Shown here one piece after another: positions 46,519 to 64,000 of a DNA stretch of 64,000 nt (positions within the stretch are counted from its first letter, which is position 1; every line of letters starts with the position of its first letter). Made by a program: the position numbers and the translations under genes. Where the stretch lies: NCBI GenBank assembly GCA_012295275.1, contig CM022667.1, positions 5,394,001-5,458,000 of the forward strand, in the 5' to 3' direction. This DNA is from Chrysomallon squamiferum (taxonomy: Eukaryota; Animalia; Mollusca). Under the pieces are notes generated by a model. It did not search any database, had not been told where the DNA came from, and saw only the letters and a list, made by a program, of their open reading frames with translations.

Positions 46519-48503
46519 GTTTTCCTAGAAAATGAAGTGTAATGTTGCTGTCAGTGGTGCTTTATAAAATATTGATATTTCAAGAATTATTACGACACTG
46601 GAAAGCCTAAGTATATGCATGAATATCTTTGAAATTTCAGTCACGTTTTACATCAAGTTGTATAAATGTTGTTAATACTTTAAACAATAGTTTCGTGATG
46701 TAATAATTGAAGTGCAAATTATTTCTATGGAACAATAATGTGACTGATTATTCATTAGTACATTAGTCCCGATAAAACACTTCAAAACACGAAATGATAA
46801 TCCCTATTGTTGTCTTTATTTATTGTGTTATTATAAGAGCATGCTTGTGATGATGTATAGACCTGAAAGCATAATTTTCTGTTTCTAGACAATGCTTTCA
46901 ACGTGTTTTTTTTTTTTTTTTGTTGCAAGTTTTTTTTTTTTTGTCCAAGTAGTAAAAACATAACATTTTTTAATGTGATGAAAACTTCACCAGTAATAGT
47001 AATACTAACAGGATGTAAAGCTGATGACACACTATGCCTGAATACCAGTGTCATAAATGAAAGCAGCAAACTAAGTATTTTAATATAGTATTCGATATAT
47101 AAAATTTTACCTTTGGAAAAAGATGATAGTTGAGTTATGTATGTGTGTGTGTCCTAATTATTTTTTAATTAATAATAAACAAGACTGTTAACAGAACTGA
47201 TTCGTAGTAAACAGGATATTTTACTATCTCTGTGTTTTAATTATTACAGTTCCTTGTGACTGGTGTAGTATCATGTGCTGGACACTAGGAAGTCTCGTTA
47301 TGGCTGGTGTTATCGCCATCACTGTAGTAGTGAATGCCGAACCTGGTGGTGAGTTTGTTTTAACTTTGAGATTCCTCCAGTGCTGCATACACAGAAGAAA
47401 ACGAAACAGATGATGTGGAAAGCATGTTTTATATCTCACCATGCTAGGCCAGATTAAACGTTACTCAGTGCTGACACTAAACAAATCATGCAGCTGTTTG
47501 TACTGAGGTGTGCTATATGATTGAACTAGTGTGTAACTGTGTGTGTTTGTTTGTTTTTACCATATTTGTGTCCTACTTCATCCAGTTTACATATCACAAA
47601 TACAATTTTGTTTCCATATTGATTAACATAGCACACTATATAAATGCATGTTCTCAGTTAATGAAATTCTGTTCACCAAATAAGAACTTAATATAAACGA
47701 AAATTTGATATCAATAGTTTATTTAATGAAAGTTGATATCCAGTTTTACAAATTTAGATACCCCAGTTACAAAAGTGTTTGGTCATTGGTGTAGAGTCAT
47801 TTCACAACTAAAACTAAGTCTGTAATCACACATTATTAACTCTTTATTAATGAAATTTTCTATTTTGATTTCATTCCATATTTTTAAGAGACCTGTCAGA
47901 CGATAACTTTAATATTTCTCAAAATGGATGGAGTTGCTCTCAATATCATTGCGATTATTACAACAGTTTGGCTCGTAACCGAGAATAATCGTAAGTGAAC
48001 TATTATTTCATTACTTAGTGTTTCCTGTTTTCTCTTTTGCTTCTATTCTAATAATTAACCATTACTTTTAAAATGGCTTGGCTACATATGGAAGAATAAT
48101 GCATAAATTGATTATATTATTCAAATAGCGTAGTATCAACATTCATATAACAAACGTTACAACACTTGGTTTTCTCTTTCAGTTGACAAAAGTGATTGGC
48201 CGTGGATTACAGCTGTCATAATCTGCGCTGTTGGTTTTTTGTTTGGAATTATCTTCTCTGCTTTTACTCTTGTCGAACATCAGCATCAGTGAATGATTTC
48301 AAAATATTCATATTTTGTACTAACTATTAATCAAAACAGTAGACTTCACATTTCCTTTCGTTATTTGCTCTTCGTCATATTTAGAATAGTCTTCTTTACC
48401 TCCTATTATTTGGTGAATAAGAACACTGATTTCACATATATATTATAATGCTTTCACAATAAAACGACATTAATCCCTTTTTCTCATTTCTTTTATATTA
48501 TTG

Positions 48504-48549
<46 letters not shown>

Positions 48550-48675
48550 ATTATTATTATTATTATTATTAAATTCAGTTCAGTTCAGGTTTTAAAATAA
48601 CTTGTCTGTTTTATTCTTCTATTCAGGGTAGAAAGGTTATACAATAAAGGAAAAAAAACAACTTTAAAAAGATAA
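44183..48675 (+). CDS. Gene E: signal peptide, one Ig-like domain, three hydrophobic (TM) segments and a short basic tail (~252 aa)
   Basis: Exons 44183-44240 (MAFEYLFLCTFLLHFDICSG), 45244-45588, 47250-47348, 47889-47990, 48183-48288, 48627-48675; 759 nt, in frame. The last intron is inferred from paralog F; otherwise the CDS stops at 48292. Confidence 0.8.
45244..45588 (+). CDS. Gene E Ig-like domain exon (four-Cys family)
   Basis: 345 nt, phase 1-1. GYSL..TLTCTV..DDLIIF..C..CGSGT..YTLKI..EDSTDWWC..SNNYKL. Confidence 0.9.
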
Positions 48676-51084
48676 TAATAACATAATAAAATAATTCTTA
48701 ACGGATGATAACTTTAACGGAAAAATACTGCACAAAACAGAAACGAAAAAATGTTAAAAGAAACAAATAGGAGAGTTTATTTCACCAAACATGAAATTTG
48801 TTTCCATATCACAAAATAGAGCAAACATATTACTTGTATTTAATATGTGAAAATGAGCATCAAGCAATTCAGTACGACATCACACAAAAGCAAACTAAAG
48901 ATGATGACACTAGGCAATATGATGTAAGCCAGCCAGTTATACACTGAGTTATCAAATTCAGCAAACGTTTTTGCTTTAACACTGCTTAAATTGTCATTCG
49001 ACTTTTTTGATAACGAGGATTTGATTATCAAATACAGGCGATTTAAAAAATGTAACAGTGTTTAAATTGTTATTTATGTTATCAATAACCAATTGTCAAT
49101 TCGGTTAAGTTCACAAAATTTTTATTTTTTAACAGTTAATTTTTTTATTTACGTTTTAGGAACTAAATTATCAATTTGGTTGTCAAATTCAAATATTTCA
49201 ACAACATCTAAATTACTGTGTTTCAGTGTACACATTTTTACTGTGTTGCATTTCTTTTATTTACTCAAAAAAAAAAAAAAATCAGTTATCATTTATTGTA
49301 ACAAACATGATCCTTTATCATTTAAATCAAGCTGTTGCCAACAATTATAATTTAATCATAAAAATTACTAGTATTTTATAAACATTTATTAATGTTGAAG
49401 TTAAGACTGGACAAAAATAAAATGATATTCTCCATTCGTCAAAATATATCTAGAGATCTATTCATTTTTGTTCCTGCTTTAGTCAGTCAATTGTGCTAGT
49501 TCAGTTGAAAACATAGATTATGGACTTTTGCACCTGTCAGTATCATATTTTTAGTATGTATTGTATGTCTTTTACTTGTTATGATAAATTTTATCAGTTA
49601 TTATTTATCGTAAGAAAATATGAAGCTGTATCATGTTAAGCAGACTGTTTGCAATACTTATAATAAAAACGTAATGATAAAAATTATCAGTGTTTGTTTT
49701 TGATATGTCAGTGTGTTCACACTTGAATTGTGAAAGCTGAGTTTTCAAGCGCAGACACAAAAAATGAAGAAGATTAAGATGATCTTCTCAAATCATCAAA
49801 ATATATCTAGAGATCCATTAATTAACAGCAAATTCAGATTTGGATTCTCTTTCCAGCAACATCGCATTACTGCTTATAACAACTGTCTGTGCAACACCTA
49901 CGTGTTCAATAGACGTGATGTAACCTAACGTTTTTAAAACCATTAAGCCCATGCCATGAAATTTTAATATATATCTCCAGTTTTATTTATTGTCAGTAGA
50001 AAATAAATATCAAGTTAGAACCATTAAATTATGATGATGCCCTTCAAACAGAAAATAATGCAATGCATAAATGAATAAAAAAATAAATAATAATTTAAAA
50101 AAATAATTGCTGTTTTCAAATTGTCGTTAACCTAAAAAAATAAATAAAATAATAACGATGATGATGATGATGATGATGATGATAATAATAATAATAATAA
50201 TCTTCTCATAAAAACCACAACAAAAGAAACACAAAAAACACACACACACCCCCAAAAAAATAAACAAACAGCAAATATTTTTTAAATAAATAAATAAATA
50301 ATAATAAATAATAATAAAAACTAAAAACACAAACAACTAACAACAAACAGTCTCCCTGTATCTGGGGTTGCAAACCTAAACCAGTTGCTATCTGCGTGTT
50401 TGCCCGAACAAACCTCTTTGTACTTCGGATTGACAGAGATAGAAAAGAAAGAAAATGGCATTTGTACTTTTGGGTCTTTGGACTTTTCTACTGCATCTTG
50501 ATATTTGCCTAGGTTAGTGTCAATATTTATTTGATTTATCTCAAAATCTAAATTGTTCGGTATCAGTTTTATTAGTAGGCGCACATATTATTTCGTGAAT
50601 TACAGGCGATTTCGCAGTTCAAGTGTGGACTTTATGCTTTGTTAGAGGCTTTATTCAGTATTCTGAGGCTTGTTCATTATTTTAATTTTTCCAATAGTGC
50701 GAATATAAAATGTCCTATATAACTGAGTCAAAGCGGGCTCCTAGCAGATACAAAGTGGACGCCTAGCTATAGTTGTAGACACTTAGTTTCTGACTGAACT
50801 ACAAATTGATCAAGAATGAACAGAAATCATAGTCCAGTTTCTCAACATAAATCCTCCAAGTAACAAATGTCAATAGTTATTGCAATTATACCCTGTCAGT
50901 AGCAGTGGATGGCTCGTATTACCTGAACTCACTGATGAAGATGGCTATGAAAACACCATGTATGCCTACTGTCACATGCACTGCTGAAACAATGAGCAGG
51001 ATTCAGAAAGTCGTTGATTTCTGCCCTGCCATGCAGCTTGGTGATGAAAATGCCTCAGCCGAAGTCAGTACATTGCATGAGCAT

Positions 51085-51234
51085 TGTCACATAGCCATGT
51101 CACATAGCCATGTCACATAGCCATGTCACATAGCCATGTCACATATCCATGTCACATAGCCATGTCACATAGCCATGTCACATAACCATGTCACATAGCC
51201 ATGTCACATAACCATGTCACATAGCCATGTCACA
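51085..51234. repeat. Minisatellite, 13-bp unit x~11
   Basis: tgtcacatagcca repeated. Only about 1.5 copies occur at the paralogous site near 52000. Confidence 0.9.
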
Positions 51235-51445
51235 AATCACTGGGATGATATCAAGAAAAAAAAAAGTATATCAATATTTCGCCTATTCGATTCTTTTTAC
51301 CTTCATTTTTTTTTTTTTTGACTATCTATCTATGTAACTATCTAAGTAAACTATTTATGTATGTATGTATGCATCTATCTATCTATCTACCTATGTAGCT
51401 ATAGCTATCTATCTATCTACCTATGTAGCTATCTATCTATCTATA

Positions 51446-51476
<31 letters not shown>

Positions 51477-51886
51477 TTATGTATCGATCTATATGGAAAT
51501 AATTTAGAAATCGAGCAAGATTTTACAAAATAACAATGTTCAAAATTACGTTAATTAAACATTTTTGACATTATTTACTTGTACGTTCTAGACAGACTGA
51601 GAGTCCTTCTTTGAGTATGTTTATTACGTTTTTCATAAACCTGTCCATTTTCTTTTCCTCTTAGATACATCTGTAAGGAACACCATGTTTAATTAACATA
51701 ATTTGAATGTCATTTCTGATACAAAATAATAATAATAATTATTATTATTATTATTATCAATTTAGTGCTGTAGGTTTCACCTGTTATCATTAGATTTTAA
51801 TTACTCTAATATCGATATATTAAGAGAAACAAACCTACTAATTATTTATTTATTTATATATATATATATTTTTTTTTCTGTTTAAG

Positions 51887-58386
<6,500 letters not shown>

Positions 58387-58719
58387 ACGAGAAAAATTAA
58401 CAGGAAAAGTTCTTGAAAAGATGATACAGAAAAAATACCGCAGAAAAATGAGAGAAAAAAATTAAGAAAAACAGATAGAACATTTTATTTCACCAAACAG
58501 GATATCTTTGTTCCTATATTAACACTATTTAAATTGTCATTGATACTGTGTTGCAATTATTTTTATTTATTTATTTATTATTATTATTACTTTTTTGTTG
58601 TTGTTGTTGACGAAAAATATTGCAGTTACCATTTATCGTAAAAACACACACACACAAAAAATACACACACAAAAAAAAAACACACAAAAAAAAAACCTTT
58701 TCCTGTGTCATTTAAATTA

Positions 58720-59170
58720 AAATGTTGGCAACAATTATAATATAAATTTAATCATAAAAATTAGAAGTATTTTATTAATATTTCAGTTTGTACACCGTTT
58801 CATTGTTAATGTTGAAGTTAAGAATGGACAAAAATAAAATGATATTCTACATTTATCAAAATATATCTAGAGATCTATACATTTTTTTTCCTGCTTTACT
58901 AAGTTAATTTTACTAATTCGGATGAAAGCATAGATTATGGACTTTTGCACCTATCGGTAAAACATTTTTATTGTATTGTATGTCTTTTACTTGTTATGAT
59001 AGATTTTATCAGTTATTATTTATCGTAAAAAAATATGAAGCTGCATCATGTTAAGCAGACTGTTTGCAATACTTATAATAAAAACTTATGATAATAATGA
59101 CCAGTGTTTTTTTTATGTCAGTGTGTTCACGATTGAATTGTGAAAGCTGAGTTTTCAAGCCCAGACAGAG
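58720..59170 (+). repeat. 3' flank of gene F homologous to 3' flank of gene E (49330-49760)
   Basis: Shared text, e.g. aatgttgaagttaaga.tggacaaaaataaaatgatattct and ttaagcagactgtttgcaatacttataataaaaac. Confidence 0.85.
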
Positions 59171-60000
59171 AAGAAAAAAAAAAAAAATAAATAAATAAAA
59201 AAAAAAAAAAAAAAAAATAAATAAATAAATAATAACAGACATTTGAAAGTAAGTTCTGAGTATTTTAAGTTTTGTCAGCTGAGTGTCACATAACCATGAA
59301 TACATCCAGTCAAATGTCTACATATCAACCCACATATGCCGTCATTCCCGTTCATAACCCCAGTCTGAGAATATGTAAATATGATTTACAGATTCCCCCC
59401 ACTAGTTGGCACATGGCGACAGTTCAAGTACAGACATGGTGAAAGAAACATCTAGCGCACGACTAGTGTTTGATCCCAGTCACGTCGTGTGTCAAACTAT
59501 CTTGTTTTCTTTCTGAACTGTATTATTTATCAGTTAATTCAGCTTCCTCACCTTTTATATTCGTCATTTGCTTTCTAAATTTAACTGAACAGAAATATTG
59601 GCATACTTTTTCAGATCATTTTAATTCACAAATAAACCGAGCGTTGTACAGATAAATACTCTTGTGTGACTGCTACTTTTTGAGATGAGTTTTATTTAAG
59701 CAGACATGCTGAGGAAAACTGGACGTTCTTTCTTACTACAGGGCTGTGATGAATTAACAAAATGATCATTTATGTTCAACTTTCTGAACACGCTTCTGAT
59801 ATTTCTTGTCCAAATTAGATAGAAATAATCATTTGCAATGACTACATGTGTGGCATTAATATAGCTCTTCAGTTTGAAAAAGTTAACAACTTTTTAATTA
59901 TTCTTTATCAGTATCATTATCTATCTTTTTATCTATATCTGTCTCACTCTGCGTGTTTGTATATCTATATATACACACTACTTACTGCGTACTAAACATA

Positions 60001-60120
60001 TTAATGTGATACAACAGCTGCGTGTACATTTGCAAATTAAAAAGAAGAAAAGAAAAGAAAATGAATATAACATATAAACTATATGATTTGTACTACAATA
60101 TTGATTAACATTTTGCATGC

Positions 60121-60175
<55 letters not shown>

Positions 60176-62899
60176 TCACGCCCATACACATACAAGTCTG
60201 ACTAATTAAGAATCATGATCACTTAAATTAAAACTTAGTACTGTACTTTAAACTTTCCTCTTCAAAAGTGACTTTGTTTTGTATTTACTATGTATGTGAT
60301 ACAATTTAATGGAAAACACTCAAACACAAACTAAAGACCACGCCAAGCAGAATGACGCAAAGGAATCAACAAAGTTGAATGTTTTAACACTGTTTAAATT
60401 ATTATTAATCTTTTCACAAATTTGTTTATCAAGGTCAGCAAAGTTAAAGATTTTTGCCGTCGTTAAATTGTTATTTTTGTTTTTAAGAACCAGTTATGAT
60501 CTTGGTTCACTATATTTAAATATTTTAACAATGTTTAAATGATTTGTTTTTGAGTATAAACTGTTTTACTGTTGCATTTATTTTAACCTAGCAGTATTAT
60601 TCAGATCCACCCGTTTCTGATAGTTATAATAAAATGTTAATGATAAACTTTACAGTGTTTTGTTAACATATCGGTGTGATAAGGTTTGTATTGTGAATGT
60701 TGAAGCTGAAAGCCAGGACAAAAATAATGAAACTTGGGATACATTCTCCAACCATTGTAGTGTATCTAGATATCCATACATTTTATTCTGCCGTATTCAG
60801 TTTAATTCATTAATACAAACCAGATATTGACCTCTAAACAGCTATTAACAAATGAATTGACAGTAATTCCGCATCAGACTAGAAGTTTTCTCAACTTGTG
60901 CTTACAGCTATGTCTATGGGGTTCTAGCCACATTTCAAAATCCAGTCTAAGGAAATTAGTTGATTTGAATTAAAATTATCCACAGTAGTCTGTGTACATG
61001 GCATTAATGTCGGATCATATTAAGTATTTTCAAAGTTACGATTACTATTATTATTAGCTGAATAAAATGTTTGGGCAGACGTATGCCTGTGATGAAAGCA
61101 GATTAATATTAAAATATTTAAACTTTTTCTATTTGCAAAGTACGCTTTAAGTCAAAACATTTTATACTATCAGTTAACCACGCAAATCCAAAGTGTAACT
61201 ATTACTGACAGTTCCATCTTCTAGAAGTGCGCACCACCAATCAGTTGCATCTTCGTCACTGACCTCATTTATCTTCAACGAGTATGTCTTTGTCCGCGTA
61301 GAGATCTCCTCTGTTCCTTGTTCACAAGTTACAATATAACCTGATGGTGGAACGTGAAACACGGAACATCCTGTCCATAGACTCTGTGATAATATAGCCA
61401 AGGACACTTGTGTCGTTTCCTTGTTAAATGATATCAGATCATCAAGACCGGCTGCTTCTGTGACTGTACAGGTGAGAGTGAAAGAACGCCCATTTCGTAA
61501 ACCAGTCATAACCAGCGAATAGCCTAGAAGTAATAGAATTGTATATACATTTATAAGTATAGTTATACCGTTTAAAAGTTTTACTTCTACATAAGTATTA
61601 TGTCTTAATATGTATTATGTGATATAGAAAAAGAAACTAAATAATAATAGAAATAATAATAATAATAATAATAACAACAACAACAACAACAAGAAAAATA
61701 AGAAAATACAGTCAAGGATAAGGAATTTCAGTGTTTTACTTTTATGTCATTTTCAGTAAATATAATGCATACAGTAATGATGGAATTTTTTTTTTTCACA
61801 CTTTTTCCATAAATAAGATTAACATTTATATTATTCATTCTGTATCCAAGACTTAAACTCAATTCTATATAAATAAATAAATAAATATTAAGTAAATAAA
61901 TAAAAAGATATAAAACATAAAAATAATTAAACGGTTTAATAAAAAGGGTAGCAAAGGATATGTCCTTTAATATATATATATATATATATAATACGGTAAT
62001 TAAAATATAATGATACCTGGTGAAGCCTAGTATGACTACAACATTGGATTAATACGACTACTACTACTAACAACAACAATAGCAACAACAACATAATAAT
62101 AAAGATGTATATAACAATACGAGCGGATTACACTTGCCTCTGTTAAGTTTCATTTTGAGGAAATAAAGTATGAGTAAAGTACTAAGAAGAATGAGTATTG
62201 TGAAACTTACCGTGAGTATCACTGTCGTCTGAAATTTCTGATGAAGAATAAACTGATAAATGAATAAACAAATAAATAAAAGATAACAAACAAATACAAT
62301 TGTAGAAAATTAACAATAATATTAAAGAAAATAAGTAAAGTTAAACAAATAACTATTTAATATTAGTATTTTTTGTAATTAATTTTCATTTCTTTTGTTC
62401 TATATAATTTGTTTCCTTATTTGTATTCTATTTATTTACTTTTGCATTATTATTATTATTATTATTTGTATTTAGCTTAAAGGAATTGAAATCTAATAAT
62501 AACTAACAGTCGGTGATATTTTGTAATAATTTACAGTAAAATTAGTATCGATGAAAAGGAAGGAAAAGAAAATGCTGGGAAGAGTCATGTTAATATAATT
62601 AAAGTAGATTGATTGATTTTTTTATGTTTTCATATAATTTATACGTATTTGGAAGGTAATACAAAAGGATATCAAAAGGATGCAAACGGCAACCCTTTAG
62701 CTAGCGGCACTCATGAAAATACACTTTACATAAAATGTACTAATAATAATGAATACGATGAAACTTACCACCAGCTACCTTTTCGACAGGAGATAGTGAT
62801 AAAGAAATGAAAGGGGATAAACGAATGAATGAATGAATAATTAAATAAATAAATGCTTTATTAAATAAATTAATATTAAACATAAAATAATAACACTAT

Positions 62900-62952
<53 letters not shown>

Positions 62953-63123
62953 ATAATAATAATAATAATAATAAAGATCTGTATAATAATATAACAGATT
63001 AAACTGGTAATAGCAGTATTTTATCTACCTGCCTTAGTTAAGTTCCATTTATAGGAAATGTAAAATGACTAAAGCAATAACAAGACTGAGTATAATTAGA
63101 CATACTACCAATATCACTGTCGT
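60001..63123 (-). CDS. Gene G (partial; 5' end beyond the window or lost): inverted paralog of E/F with linker microexons and an Ig domain, no TM exons seen
   Basis: 18-nt microexons 63123-63106 (DDSDIG) and 62228-62211 (DDSDTH); Ig exon 61523-61179; candidate terminal coding exon 60017-60001 (AVVSH*). Read-through instead stops at 61174. Confidence 0.6.
61179..61523 (-). CDS. Gene G Ig-like domain exon
   Basis: cttctag acceptor, 345 nt. GYSLVMTG..FTLTCTV..DDLISF..EDATDWWC..SNSYTL. Confidence 0.88.
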
Positions 63124-63869
63124 CTGAAATCTCTGACGAAGAATAAACAGTTACATGAATGAATAAACGAATAAACCATAGAAACAAATACAAATTTGAA
63201 AATGAACAGTAATATTAAATTAATAAGTAAAGTTTAATAAATAAATAATTAATATTCGTATTTACATCATCATTAATTAACTACTCCACAATCCTCAATA
63301 TGATCCATTGTTTAATTTAAAATGTTAAATGAGTAGTAGATTATGTGTTTTAACTGTGCCTGTAACATCTGGAGATGTACAAGTAGACCAGTACATTGTA
63401 CTGACTCTTCTGTCTCTGATAAAGTATCTGATGTTGTAAGTATTTTATAGTGTTAGTTCTGAAAATAATAAGAACTTTATTTTTTTTAAACATGATGCTT
63501 GCGCTGTCTCTGTTACGTTTACCGTTACCATCAACTCCAGCCAACCTAAGCTATTTGTACTAGAACTCAGCGATGGTACAAGAAAGTGTTATTCCCTGTC
63601 CTCCTGACGAGTTTACCGCACTTGCATGTAAAAGGGAATCACAAGGACAAACAGCCCTTAGTGCACTGGGGCACACTAAGGAAAGATACAGGGATGCTGA
63701 TTCTAATTGTGGAATGAGGCTACGAAAAGATGTTTAAAAATGACACTCTGTTTTTTTCTCGCATTTCTCGACAAAACAATATCGACTTACAATGGTAGTA
63801 ACTAAACGTTATTTTTACCGAGCAGGATTTTATTTATGTATTTATTTATCTCTTTATTATGTTTATTAC

Positions 63870-63949
<80 letters not shown>

Positions 63950-64000
63950 TTTTCATAAAGATATTTTACGGAAATTAATAGAATTTCTTGACAATGTTGT

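Noticed and set aside
50321-51120. ORFs upstream of gene F as its possible start exon
   Set aside because: No signal-peptide-like sequence with a phase-1 donor and no recognisable homology.

Overview
AT-rich, microsatellite-dense, intron-rich animal DNA (mollusc-like in texture; the taxon is inference only). Most ORF-track entries are simple-repeat artefacts. The real genes are spliced and were rebuilt by hand from GT-AG boundaries and reading-frame continuity. The window is a cluster of secreted and cell-surface genes. It holds the last exon of an upstream paralog, and two convergent type-I membrane receptors with 3 (gene A, +) and 5 (gene B, -) atypical six-Cys Ig-like domains joined by symmetric phase-1 microexons. 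It also holds a single-TSP1-domain type-I receptor (gene C, +), two Ig + three-TM paralogs (E, F, +) and an inverted Ig paralog without visible TM exons (G, -). The main finding is gene D (-, 33054-41311), which the ORF track cannot show: 18 coding exons of 10-64 nt splice into a 168-aa prepropeptide. It has a signal peptide, a furin site, two GKR amidation/cleavage sites and acidic D-x-E-V-R spacers. It is predicted to release an amphipathic 28-mer amide, a Pro-rich amide built from six tandem 21-nt microexons that differ only non-synonymously, and a C-x5-C ring peptide. All gene models are predictions without transcript evidence.
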